From an uncultured Spirochaetota bacterium (lineage in GTDB: Bacteria; Spirochaetota; Brevinematia; Brevinematales; JAOACQ01), in assembly GCA_963783575.1 (NCBI GenBank), contig CAWAOD010000015.1, positions 64,001-128,000 on the forward strand: a stretch of 64,000 bases of DNA, given 5' to 3'. The notes under the pieces were generated by a model, which was not told the DNA's origin, did no database searches, and saw only the letters and a list, made by a program, of their open reading frames with translations. Shown here piece by piece: positions 9,948-19,495 of the stretch; position 1 is the stretch's first letter, and every line of letters starts with the position of its first letter. The translations under genes were made by a program, and so were the position numbers.

Positions 9948-11138
9948 ATGATTTTAAATTACGAAGCTTTTACACGTAACGGTAGAAAGGTTTACGGAAC
10001 AATTCAGGCTGATAATAAAGAAGAAGCCGAAAAGAAATTGTATAAGGAAGATTTGATCCTAAACAGGATTATCCGTTCCGGGAATTTTTTCAGCGGAGCC
10101 AGGGTAAAAAACCAGGAAATTATTCATTTTACAAGGCTCCTTGCCACTGCTGTAAAAGCCCGGATTCCGCTTGTTAAATCGCTTGAGATTATTTTAGAAG
10201 AACTTTCAGCCGGAAGTACTCTTAAATATAACATTTTATCGATTATCGGCGAGCTGAAATCCGGCCGGAACTTTTCGGATGCACTTTCTATAAATAAAAA
10301 AATATTTTCCCATTTTTACATAAGTATGGTTAGAGCAGGTGAAAAATCCGGAACTCTTGATTCTTCGCTTGATTATATTTTGAAATATCTTCAAAAAAGG
10401 GAGGAAACCGGTAAAAAGGTCTCGATGGCAATGCTCTACCCGGCTTTGATATTGTCTTTTGCGTTTGTTGTCCTTGTTTTTTTTATTGCGGTTCTTATTC
10501 CGAGGTTTCAGGAAAGCTACTCGCACTTTGGAAATACGCTTCCGGATTTAACGTTAAAACTTATACAGGCTTCCGGCTGGATCAAGGATAATTTCTTTTT
10601 AATCATAATCGTTATTTCTATCATCTATTTATTATTCAGACTGGCAATTAGAACAGCCGCGGGCAAATCAATATACGACCGAATGATACTGTCAATTCCC
10701 CTGTTCGGCGGCCTGATCAGGAAAGACATCCTTTCCCGTCTTGTAAGAACGCTTTCTACCCTTCTGTCAAACGGAATAACACTCAAAGACTCCCTTGAAT
10801 TATGCGGCGGAGTTGTAAAAAATGAAGCTTTTGAAAGTTCGATAAAGAACGCCCTGTCAGACCTGACGCAGGGTAAGAGCTTCACAAAGGCTTTGAAGGA
10901 AAATAAATTATTCCCGATTATGCTTGTCCAGCTTTCGGCGATCGGCGAGGAATCGGGAAGACTCCCCGAGCTTCTCAACAACCTCTCCGATTTTTATGAA
11001 AATGAAGTAAGCATATCCGTTGAAAAACTAACATCCCTACTGACGCCAATAATGATAATAGGCATCGGCATTGTAATAGGTTTCATCGTAATTGCGCTTT
11101 TCCTGCCCATTTTCAATATTTCCGAAATGGTGAAATGA
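9948..11138 (+). CDS. pilC: Type II secretion/type IV pilus inner-membrane platform protein (GspF/PilC)
   Basis: Two T2SSF domains: AGEKSGTL, AMLYP, IGEESGRL, ALFLPIF; ATG 2 nt after the pilB stop. Confidence 0.93.
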   Translation: MILNYEAFTRNGRKVYGTIQADNKEEAEKKLYKEDLILNRIIRSGNFFSGARVKNQEIIHFTRLLATAVKARIPLVKSLEIILEELSAGSTLKYNILSIIGELKSGRNFSDALSINKKIFSHFYISMVRAGEKSGTLDSSLDYILKYLQKREETGKKVSMAMLYPALILSFAFVVLVFFIAVLIPRFQESYSHFGNTLPDLTLKLIQASGWIKDNFFLIIIVISIIYLLFRLAIRTAAGKSIYDRMILSIPLFGGLIRKDILSRLVRTLSTLLSNGITLKDSLELCGGVVKNEAFESSIKNALSDLTQGKSFTKALKENKLFPIMLVQLSAIGEESGRLPELLNNLSDFYENEVSISVEKLTSLLTPIMIIGIGIVIGFIVIALFLPIFNISEMVK

Positions 11139-11140
11139 AG

Positions 11141-11175
11141 AATGTCCGTCGGGATAGTAAGCAAATTGCTGAAAT
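11141..11175 (+). repeat. 35-bp exact direct repeat of 11696-11730
   Basis: AATGTCCGTCGGGATAGTAAGCAAATTGCTGAAAT is present at both positions. Confidence 0.95.
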
Positions 11176-11455
11176 AAAATCACAAGCATTAAAGCTCTCT
11201 TGTGACTAAATTCCCTCACCAGTTAAAACGTCATCCAAAAAGCCATGTAAAATTTTATTTTCCTTTAATTTTCCCAGTAGAATGCAAATAGAATAAAGTG
11301 AAAAATCGGTAATATACACGCAGAAAAGACAGAGAAATATCATATTTTCCTTTTTTAGAATATGCAGAAATATATTGTATCAACGAGGTACATTCAAACC
11401 ACCCCATAAATCAGTAATTGCATACTGAAGCATAACAGGATCATTCAATTTATCC

Positions 11456-13300
11456 TTACCGATCTGAAATGGTTTCAATATTATAATAGCTTAATTCCCT
11501 CGGTTCGCCGAAAAAGTATCCCTGAAGAAAATCAACATCAAGATTTTTTAATTCCTCTGCAAGTTCCGATGTTTCAACATATTCTGCGACAACTTTCTTG
11601 TCCGATTTTTTACAGAACTGCACTATGCTGCCGATCATATTCCTTGCATTGATATTATAAGTTACCTGTTTTATAAGCGAGCCGTCTATCTTAACAATGT
11701 CCGTCGGGATAGTAAGCAAATTGCTGAAATTGGAATAACCGGAGCCGAAATCATCAATTGCGACAAGGCACCCGGCTTCCCGAACGGTATTTATGAAGTT
11801 CCTGCATCCCTCGATCTCAATGAGCTCATCCCTTTCCAGAATCTCGAAGATGACCTTCCCGCTGCTGTTATAAGTCTGGCATTTTTTTAAAATAAAATCC
11901 ACAAGGTTTTTAGAGAGCATATCATGGAAAGAAATATTTACTGAAATACCGGTATTCGTTAATTGTGAAACATAAAATGCCTGCTCTACCATAAAATCCG
12001 TAAGTATGCTTACCATGCCTGTCGATTCGGCGATGGAAAGATATGGAAATGGGGACTCATAAATTCCGCTGCTGTTCTGGATACGGAGAAGACTCTCATA
12101 CCAAACCGTCTTGCCGCTTTTTGAATGGACAATCGGCTGGTAAAAAGCCTTGAAAAGCTTCTCCTCGTAATTCTTAAGAAGGATTGTAAATTGTGAAATC
12201 GACGTCAGAGCCGATTGTTTAACAAACTCCTCTCCCTTGAAAATAGTAACGGGATTATGCTGTTTGATCCCTGTCTTCAAGGCCATATCGGCCAGGGATA
12301 AAAACTTATCCGCATTTGCCCTGTTGACAATTACGGCCCCCATCCTCAGATTTAAACGAAGACCTGAATTTTGAAACGGAACCGGGTCCTTCTGAAGCAA
12401 TGTCCAGAGATCAAGCAGAATTATCTCGCCCTCCTCTTCATTCTTGCCGTCAAACGGCATTAGTATCCCAAATTCAGTGCCTCTCATCCGGTATATCCTG
12501 AATCCGAAAGTATTCTTCCATTTATTTAATTGTCCTGTTAGGAACAGAAGGAAATCATCCGACAGTTCATATCCGAAAATCAATCCCAGTTCATTATAGT
12601 TCGCGATATGCACAATCGCGAAGAGAGATGTTTTATTAAGATCAATGCTGTTTTCAAGGACAAGCCGGTTTGGAAGGCCTGTAGTATCGTCATAAACGAT
12701 TTTTTTAACAAGATCGTCCATATAGGTTTCATTTTGATGCTCACCGAAATAGACAAGGACCGATGATAGAAAAAAGGCGACAACAGACATAATAAACTGA
12801 ATTTTAGTAAAATGGCCTGTAAATGACGGAAGGATATTATTATATTGAAGAATAAAGAGCAGGGATGTCATCGCTAAAAACAATGCCGCAATAATAATAC
12901 CTTTCCTGCTTCCCAGCAGTTGAAAAGCAACCATCGGCATACAAAAAAACACAAGAATATTTACCTGCCTGCCCGCAGGGAAAAACATCCCGGCTATTAC
13001 CCCTATAAAGCATAAAAAAAGCGCTAAAAAGGTCATAAATTTAATATTTTTTGTCTTAATTATCCAGATTAAGGAAGCTACAACAATAATAAACGGTAAT
13101 ATATAATGACTCGTAAACCGGAAGTTCCCGTGCAGGACATCATCAATTGCGTAAGCCAGCGGAAATAATGATGCCGTAAATAATGAAGTTACAAGCAGCC
13201 TGTATCTGTATATGGTTTGCTTTATCCCGATTTTCTGATACCATTCGGATTTCATGAAATCATAATTCTCAGGTAAAAATCTACGGATACGATCAAGCAT
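11456..13300 (-). CDS. Membrane-bound c-di-GMP phosphodiesterase (multi-TM sensor, degenerate GGDEF, EAL)
   Basis: ~5-6 TM helices; DDTTGLPNR with RGTEF in place of GGDEF; YQPIV, YESLLR, DDFGSGYSN, KIDGS, AEYVE, QGYFFGEP. Confidence 0.9.
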   Translation of the reverse strand: MLDRIRRFLPENYDFMKSEWYQKIGIKQTIYRYRLLVTSLFTASLFPLAYAIDDVLHGNFRFTSHYILPFIIVVASLIWIIKTKNIKFMTFLALFLCFIGVIAGMFFPAGRQVNILVFFCMPMVAFQLLGSRKGIIIAALFLAMTSLLFILQYNNILPSFTGHFTKIQFIMSVVAFFLSSVLVYFGEHQNETYMDDLVKKIVYDDTTGLPNRLVLENSIDLNKTSLFAIVHIANYNELGLIFGYELSDDFLLFLTGQLNKWKNTFGFRIYRMRGTEFGILMPFDGKNEEEGEIILLDLWTLLQKDPVPFQNSGLRLNLRMGAVIVNRANADKFLSLADMALKTGIKQHNPVTIFKGEEFVKQSALTSISQFTILLKNYEEKLFKAFYQPIVHSKSGKTVWYESLLRIQNSSGIYESPFPYLSIAESTGMVSILTDFMVEQAFYVSQLTNTGISVNISFHDMLSKNLVDFILKKCQTYNSSGKVIFEILERDELIEIEGCRNFINTVREAGCLVAIDDFGSGYSNFSNLLTIPTDIVKIDGSLIKQVTYNINARNMIGSIVQFCKKSDKKVVAEYVETSELAEELKNLDVDFLQGYFFGEPRELSYYNIETISDR

Positions 13301-13517
13301 AAAAACTCCACAATTCTAGATTATTGATTATAATAAAGAAAGAACAAAAAGTGAAAATTTAAACAGAGAATAAATTACAATGGCGCTGTTTTATTCTTGA
13401 AGGGTTTATTTTGATTGGTATATGGGCAGTTCGAAAATCTCATTAAAATCATTTTTTTAATAAAACGGAACCGCACTTTAGTTTTTACAAATGTATTATG
13501 GAAGAAATACAAATAAA

Positions 13518-13582
13518 GAAATATCCAGAGGTTTACGGTTTTTTACCTGTTCTGTATGAATTCAAAAGCCTCCGGATATTTC
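13518..13582 (-). terminator. Long-stem hairpin followed by U-rich tract downstream of the BNR remnant
   Basis: GAAATATCCAGAGG and CCTCCGGATATTTC are inverted (13/14; the mismatch is a G-U pair on the minus strand); followed by TTTATTT on the minus strand. Confidence 0.4.
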
Positions 13583-13591
13583 AATGATCAT

Positions 13592-14016
13592 CTATTCTTT
13601 TTTTAGAAGGGTAAGTTTATTATCAACAGCTGAAACCTGGGTAAGATACTGTCCATTGCGCGTTAAATAGATCGCGCCTAAACTCCCCGGGATGGCTTTT
13701 TCCCGCCATGATTTGCCGCCGTCATCCGTATAAAATACCTTCCATCCTCTTTCAGGACCTGTAAAATAGGCGATTACCATTCCATGAATATTATCGGTAA
13801 AGCAGACTGACGCAGCCGGAAAATCAAAATCATTCTCTATAACATTGGCTTTTTTGAATTCAACCCCGAGAATTTTCCATGTTTTACCGCCATCCGCCGT
13901 TTTAGCCAGTTTGCCGTTTCTGTCCAGAAGATAGCCGTCTTCAGGCGTTCTTAAGAACATAGCGTAAATCTCTTTGATTTTATTGGGATAATCCACCTTA
14001 ACCCAATTCTGCCGGC
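13592..14016 (-). pseudogene. N-terminally truncated BNR/Asp-box (Ycf48-like) beta-propeller protein
   Basis: Asp-boxes TADGGKTW and TDDGGKSW plus partial GRQNW; no signal peptide or RBS; frame closed by stops just upstream. Confidence 0.6.
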
Positions 14017-14053
14017 CGGCGATTTAGTTCAAACCCCGAATGACCTGGGTTTT

Positions 14054-14878
14054 CTAATTCCAGTTTTTATTCAAAAATAATAATATATCCCTTGCTAGTA
14101 TTTCATGTCCCTTTTCGCTTGGATGCCGGCCGTCGCCAGCCCAGTAATCACGCCCTATATTGTACATATTTTTAATAAAAAAATTCATAACAGGAATTCC
14201 ATTTTTCTTTGCCAGATCCGGATAAATCATATTAAATTTAGTGAGATATTTATTGACACTGTAACAGTTAGATGGAGCGCTGTTAATCATAGGATCAAGA
14301 GTTATCCCTGCTAGAGCGATGGGCACATTTTTTTCCCGGCAGCGGCTTATAATGGTTTGAATATTTTTCTCTATATCCTCTGCAGGGAGGTGTTTAAGAT
14401 CAACGTCATTCCATCCGATTTCGAGGAAGATCAGAGCGGTTTTATCATTCAAGTAAAAATCAAGAACAGACAATACCCCTTCTGTATCTCGTCCGCTAAA
14501 TCCGGCATTTAAAGCTTCATAATTTATTCCATGATCTTTCCAATATTTGCCTATGAGGGCAGGGAAGGCGTCCTTCTCATGGACTTGTGATCCGGCAGTC
14601 CATGAATCTCCAAGAAATACAACCATAGACCGGCAGTTATTGGCGCCTTTCTCATAAAGGATGTCTCCACCATAATTTGTTTCTTCACCCAATAGCTCAG
14701 CCTTGTATGAATTGAATTCCATTTCCGTCATAACTAACCGTGTTTTGTCAATGTAATCATAATTGAAATGATACTGGAATTCATCACCGAAGGCATTAAA
14801 TGTGATTGACTCTGAAATGATAAGTCCGGCAATTGCCGGAAGCATCATTTTGAAAATCCGGGAAAGATTTCTTTTCAT
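14054..14878 (-). CDS. Exported SGNH/GDSL esterase (TesA/arylesterase-like)
   Basis: Blocks FLGDSWTAG, NAGFSG, IGWND, DGRHP; N-terminal signal-like segment. Confidence 0.88.
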   Translation of the reverse strand: MKRNLSRIFKMMLPAIAGLIISESITFNAFGDEFQYHFNYDYIDKTRLVMTEMEFNSYKAELLGEETNYGGDILYEKGANNCRSMVVFLGDSWTAGSQVHEKDAFPALIGKYWKDHGINYEALNAGFSGRDTEGVLSVLDFYLNDKTALIFLEIGWNDVDLKHLPAEDIEKNIQTIISRCREKNVPIALAGITLDPMINSAPSNCYSVNKYLTKFNMIYPDLAKKNGIPVMNFFIKNMYNIGRDYWAGDGRHPSEKGHEILARDILLFLNKNWN

Positions 14879-14953
14879 AGTTTTTCTCCTACCTTAATAT
14901 AGTTTTTTTGTCTATAAACGATCCCATAAATCCTCCCAACTTATTATTCCGAA

Positions 14954-15826
14954 TTATTTTATGATTACGTTCGAAATATCCTCCAGTACATCATAACCCA
15001 TAGGAGTTTCGAATTTCACCAAAAGCCTTCTGTCTGAATCTTCAATCAGGAAAGCCAAGTTTTTTAAGAATGGTTCCATTAATTTAGCAATGAAAGGATC
15101 CGCCATTATCACATTTAATTTATTAATCTGGAATTTGCCAGGTTTAATCGATAGGGTTTCCTTAGAAATAAATCTGTAAGTAAAAGGCATAGGTTCTTTA
15201 ATAGCTTGCGGGATAATAGTGTACATATATCCGGGGCTATTGATGTCCATGAAACGCATGGAAAGAAAACCTGTTGAACTTCCATCCCAGTAAGGAAAAT
15301 TGGAGTCCACTTTTAAACGGTATTTACTCTCATTTGTCTTATCACCATTTTCTGATTTTGTAATAAATTCCACATAACCTTTATCCTGGTAAAACTGATA
15401 ATGAGAGTAGATCATGCCCCTGAATTCTTTATCGGAGTTGTCTTTAAAATCATTGACATCATATTTCATCTCAGATTCAATTAAGCAGCCTTTGGCAGGA
15501 TCGATCAAATAAAATGAAGGCCAGTCTTTGTAATTTTTCGCAAGGGCTTTACCTTTCTTTACTCTTTCAAGGGTTACCATATCCGAATAAACACGGTACA
15601 TAATTCCGCCCTTTTCGTTAGTGATCTTTTCAGTGACATAATACCAGTCCTTTTGTTTTTCGCCTTTAGCATAAAAACCATAATGTAGAAATTCTCCATT
15701 AGATATATTTATCACAGAATAAGCCTTTTTTGGAACTTTAGCAGTTTTTCCCAATAGGCCAGAACAATTGGAAATAATCACGCATAAAAGCATTATCATT
15801 ACAGGAAACCATAAATATTTATTCAT
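14954..15826 (-). CDS. Hypothetical lipoprotein (DUF3108-like), paralog of 42270..43106
   Basis: ATG with GAGGAG RBS; lipobox ISNC; KE.L..K.GKF motif; aligns by eye with 42270..43106. Confidence 0.7.
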   Translation of the reverse strand: MNKYLWFPVMIMLLCVIISNCSGLLGKTAKVPKKAYSVINISNGEFLHYGFYAKGEKQKDWYYVTEKITNEKGGIMYRVYSDMVTLERVKKGKALAKNYKDWPSFYLIDPAKGCLIESEMKYDVNDFKDNSDKEFRGMIYSHYQFYQDKGYVEFITKSENGDKTNESKYRLKVDSNFPYWDGSSTGFLSMRFMDINSPGYMYTIIPQAIKEPMPFTYRFISKETLSIKPGKFQINKLNVIMADPFIAKLMEPFLKNLAFLIEDSDRRLLVKFETPMGYDVLEDISNVIIK

Positions 15827-15840
15827 ATTTAACTCCTCTC

Positions 15841-16083
15841 TCATTTATTTAATCGTTTGATCATTGATTTTACTTTCCAAACAATGTCATAATTTTCTTT
15901 TTCCTCCGGCTGATGAAATGTTTGTTCATGCATTTCGAGTTCTTGTTCTATAACTAAAGGTAATTTTTTACGCATATGCTCCACTAGATGATTCTTCAAA
16001 GTAATTAATGAATGCCTCGGCTTTTCAGCTATTTCTCCGGCCAACTCAAGCGCCTTTGCAAATACTTCTTCCCTGGGAAAATC
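15841..16083 (-). pseudogene. pksI: C-terminal remnant of polyketide beta-branching enoyl-CoA hydratase/decarboxylase (PksI-like ECH2)
   Basis: FPREEVFAKALELAGEIAEKPRHSLITLKNHLV...LP.VIEQELEMHEQTFHQPE resembles the PksI/BaeI C-terminus as I recall it; alternate frame supplies the terminal IMTLFGK*. Confidence 0.75.
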
Positions 16084-16255
16084 TGCTTGATACCCTGGAT
16101 AAGACGCGATACCCGGGATGATATTTAAAACCGATTGTAAATTCTTCTTTCATATTTTATTATGATATATTTCCGTATTTTTTCAATAGTCTATTCGGCT
16201 CATTTAATCAATTTTATAGGATTTCCCCCATCAATTATCAAATTATAAAATTATT

Positions 16256-16284
16256 TTGCCTAAAACATTTATAATGATTATAAT
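16256..16284 (+). promoter_or_regulatory. sigma70-type promoter of ABC exporter
   Basis: TTGCCT-17 nt-TATAAT, 34 nt upstream of ATG. Confidence 0.45.
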
Positions 16285-16317
16285 TTATCAGAAAATCGAT
16301 TGAAGGAACAGTAGTAT

Positions 16318-17199
16318 ATGGAACAACCCATTCTTGAAGTAAAAAATCTTGTTAAATATTACGGTAAAATCAAGGCTGTTGATGGAGTAAGTTTTTCGGT
16401 CAAAGAAGGGAATTGTTTCGGACTTCTTGGCCCAAACGGCGCCGGTAAGACGACAACAATCGAAATTATAGAGTCCATCCAAAATCCTGATTCGGGTGAT
16501 GTGTTTTATAAGGGTGAAAAAATCAACCATTCATTTAAAGAAAAAATCGGCATTCAGTTCCAGAATACCTCCCTTCAGGAGTTTCTCACCGTCCGTGAAA
16601 CCCTTGTTCTATTCTCAAGGCTTTATCCGAAACACAAACCTCTTGAGGAAATCATACGGGTTTGTTCTCTTGACGATATAATAAACCGTGATAATCGAAA
16701 GCTTTCCGGGGGGCAGCGGCAGAGAATGCTTTTAGGAATTGCCCTGATAAACGACCCCGACCTTCTGTTCCTTGATGAACCGACTACTGGCCTTGATCCC
16801 CAAGCTCGCCGGAATTTCTGGAGCTTGATCGAAAATATAAAAAAAGAAAAAAAAACAATATTTCTGACAACGCATTATATGGATGAAGCCGAATTTCTTT
16901 GCGATGAAGTAGCCATTATGAATCATGGAAAGGTTATTGAAAAGGGCAACCCGAACGACCTGCTGAAGAAGCATTTCGGTGAAGCTATTATTAAAATTCC
17001 CGAGGGATCCCTTTTACAAAAATCAGAGCTTGCCTGTCCGTATGATTTCGATAAAGGCTTTGCAAGAATTCAATGTGATAATATGGATGCAACAATTAAG
17101 GAATTGATGGGCAAAGGAATATCTCTAAACGGCCTGAGCGTAGAGAGAAGGAACCTGGATGACCTTTTTTTGAAGCTCACCGGAACGCTTCTGGATTAA
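16318..17199 (+). CDS. ABC-2 type exporter ATP-binding protein
   Basis: GPNGAGKT, LSGGQRQR, LFLDEPTTGLDP, TTHYMDEAE. Confidence 0.95.
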   Translation: MEQPILEVKNLVKYYGKIKAVDGVSFSVKEGNCFGLLGPNGAGKTTTIEIIESIQNPDSGDVFYKGEKINHSFKEKIGIQFQNTSLQEFLTVRETLVLFSRLYPKHKPLEEIIRVCSLDDIINRDNRKLSGGQRQRMLLGIALINDPDLLFLDEPTTGLDPQARRNFWSLIENIKKEKKTIFLTTHYMDEAEFLCDEVAIMNHGKVIEKGNPNDLLKKHFGEAIIKIPEGSLLQKSELACPYDFDKGFARIQCDNMDATIKELMGKGISLNGLSVERRNLDDLFLKLTGTLLD

Positions 17200-17261
17200 A
17201 AAAATATTTCCATTATAAAATGGACACACTTTATAAAGAGACCGGAGGGATTAAAATACAT

Positions 17262-18251
17262 ATGAAAAAGTTTTTAGCGGTTTTTATAGCAAGGAATCTT
17301 GAGTTTTTCCGGGACAGGGGCACTTTTTTCTGGAATTTATTCCTGCCTTTTTTCCTGATTTTCGGTTTTGCTTTCGCTTTCAACGGGACAACCGCAAGTT
17401 ATAAAATCGGAACAATCGGCAAAGCGGAGCCTAAAATTGATTTCCTCAGCTACAAATACCTCCAGTTTGTTCCTTATGACGATATAAATTCAGCTATCAA
17501 GAAATTGACCCATCACCAGATCGATATGATAATTGATTTCAAGACCGGCGATTATTATATTAATAAAGAATCCCCCGGCGGATATATCGTAGAAAAGATG
17601 CTTTTATCGGACCCCGCCCAGAAACTCCGCAAGCAAACCGTAACCGGAGAGATCATCCGATATGTCGACTGGTTCGTTCCTGGTATACTTGGAATGAATA
17701 TAATGTTCGGATGCCTTGTAGGTGTGGGATATGTGATTGTACGGTACAGAAATAACGGGGTTTTAAAACGTTTTAAAGCCACCCCTCTCCACGCCTTTGA
17801 GTTTATATTTGCGCAAATGTTGTCGCGCTTTTTCATTATAGCGTTTATGACTGTAGTGATTTATACCGGCACTGATCTTTTTTTCCATATAAAAATGAAC
17901 GGATCATACTTAGACCTCATCATTGTAACATCCATCGCTATTATCTGTATGATAGCCCTGGGGCTTCTGTTCTCCTCACGTATGAAAAGCGAGGAGCTTG
18001 CCGGGGGTTTAATGAACTTTATAATATGGCCTATGATGATTCTTTCCGGCATCTGGTTCTCCCTTGAAGGAACCCCGAAGGTCATGCAGGACATTTCAAG
18101 AATTTTCCCGCTTACTCATTTCATTGAAGCATCCAGAAAGATTATGCTTGACGGTGCCGGGCTTTTAGGGGTTATGGACAATATAATTCCGCTGGTTATC
18201 ATGACAATTGTTTTTCTTGGAATTTCAGCATTGATTTTCAAATGGGAATAA
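17262..18251 (+). CDS. ABC-2 type exporter permease
   Basis: EFFRDR N-terminus, YVDWFVPGILGM, GVLKRFKATPL, PLTHF; ATG after GGAGGG RBS. Confidence 0.92.
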   Translation: MKKFLAVFIARNLEFFRDRGTFFWNLFLPFFLIFGFAFAFNGTTASYKIGTIGKAEPKIDFLSYKYLQFVPYDDINSAIKKLTHHQIDMIIDFKTGDYYINKESPGGYIVEKMLLSDPAQKLRKQTVTGEIIRYVDWFVPGILGMNIMFGCLVGVGYVIVRYRNNGVLKRFKATPLHAFEFIFAQMLSRFFIIAFMTVVIYTGTDLFFHIKMNGSYLDLIIVTSIAIICMIALGLLFSSRMKSEELAGGLMNFIIWPMMILSGIWFSLEGTPKVMQDISRIFPLTHFIEASRKIMLDGAGLLGVMDNIIPLVIMTIVFLGISALIFKWE

Positions 18252-18254
18252 ATT

Positions 18255-19472
18255 CTATCCGGCGGCTGGAAAGAAAACCGGATTTTTGGGTATGTACATA
18301 ATTTTACCGGATATACCATTTGGAATCAGCATAGCGGCAGTTGAACCGTCATTTAGTTTACAATTTACAATCTGCCTGCTACCGTCAAAAAAATGCGCCG
18401 ATTCAATTTCAGCCGGTATACCGTTCTGCACAATTTCAACTTCTTCAGCCCTGTAAGCCATTTTGTAGGTCCCATCAGCCGAATTGCACGGAAAACCATA
18501 CGGTAATACATTCCCGCTTTTTATTTCAACTTCCATTATATTTACTTCAAACCTGGAAGTGAGTTCCATAATCTTAAAATTTAACGGATGCCTGTATACA
18601 TTTTGAGTCTCACCGAACTGTACAATCCCGCCGTCAATTATAACAGCCATATAATCGCTGATAGCCAGGGCGTCATCAGGATCATTCATTGTGATGATAA
18701 CGGTGGAACCGATTTCTTTAAGCAGTTTCCTGATGAAGCTTCTCATTTCCACCTGAACCATTCTGTCAAGCTGGCTCATCGGTTCATCCATAAGAAGCAG
18801 ACTGAATTTTCTGCTCTTTTCCCTTCCTATTGCGACAAGCTGTTTGATGCCTTCCGACAGTTCCGACGGAAAATTATCTTTATACACACTATCGATTTTC
18901 AATTCAAGCATTGTTTTTGCAAATGCTTCATCAATGGTTTTTTTCTTATCGCCATGGATCACTAATGAAAAACTGATATTGTCTTTAACATTCATATGAG
19001 GAAATAACGCGTAATCCTGGAAAACAAAACCAATATTCCTATCCTTAACATCCAGACAATCGAATCTGACCTTCCCGAAATAGATGGATCCGGACAGGAT
19101 ATTTTCAAGGCCAGCTATGGCCCTGAGTAAAAGCGTTTTACCCGAACCTGAGGGTCCGAAAAGGGAAAGGATTTTTCCTTTTGGAAGAGAAAGTGAAATT
19201 TCTTTGAGCGCAAAACCGTCTTTTTTTAAATTAAGCCGGTTTACAGATAATACATTTTCATCTAAATTAACGGAGCCGTCCCTGCTATTTAAAAATTCGT
19301 TTTTCTTATCTTTAATATAATCATTCAAATCGGAAAAAAGTATCCTGGTCGCGCTCCCAATCTTAAATGCCTTAAGCCTTCCATCGCTGACAAGATTATA
19401 TACCATCTGATTTGAAATGCCGAGGAACTTTGCCACTTCCCTTATATTCATTGCTTTATCCTGAATTTCCAT
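18255..19472 (-). CDS. Fusion of excisionase/BldC-like HTH_17 DNA-binding domain with a MalK/PotA-like ABC ATPase and C-terminal TOBE-like region
   Basis: MNIREVAKFLGISNQMVYNLVSDGRLKAFKIGSATRI (HTH_17), then GPSGSGKT, GFVFQDYALFPHM, LSEGIKQ, LLMDEP; AAGGAGG RBS. Confidence 0.85.
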   Translation of the reverse strand: MEIQDKAMNIREVAKFLGISNQMVYNLVSDGRLKAFKIGSATRILFSDLNDYIKDKKNEFLNSRDGSVNLDENVLSVNRLNLKKDGFALKEISLSLPKGKILSLFGPSGSGKTLLLRAIAGLENILSGSIYFGKVRFDCLDVKDRNIGFVFQDYALFPHMNVKDNISFSLVIHGDKKKTIDEAFAKTMLELKIDSVYKDNFPSELSEGIKQLVAIGREKSRKFSLLLMDEPMSQLDRMVQVEMRSFIRKLLKEIGSTVIITMNDPDDALAISDYMAVIIDGGIVQFGETQNVYRHPLNFKIMELTSRFEVNIMEVEIKSGNVLPYGFPCNSADGTYKMAYRAEEVEIVQNGIPAEIESAHFFDGSRQIVNCKLNDGSTAAMLIPNGISGKIMYIPKNPVFFPAAG

Positions 19473-19495
19473 ATTGGCCTCCTTTATTGTGTAAT

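Noticed and set aside
11141..11175. 35-bp duplicate as a self-targeting CRISPR spacer
   Set aside because: No flanking direct repeats or cas genes
11206..11343. 45-codon minus-strand ORF with AAGGA RBS-like sequence
   Set aside because: No recognisable homology; such ORFs arise by chance
13500..13590. c-di-GMP-I riboswitch upstream of the EAL gene
   Set aside because: GEMM core motifs not present in the correct arrangement; only a simple long hairpin
18255..19472. Excisionase-like HTH as evidence of a prophage or ICE
   Set aside because: No integrase, att-like repeats or phage genes; the domain is fused to an ABC ATPase
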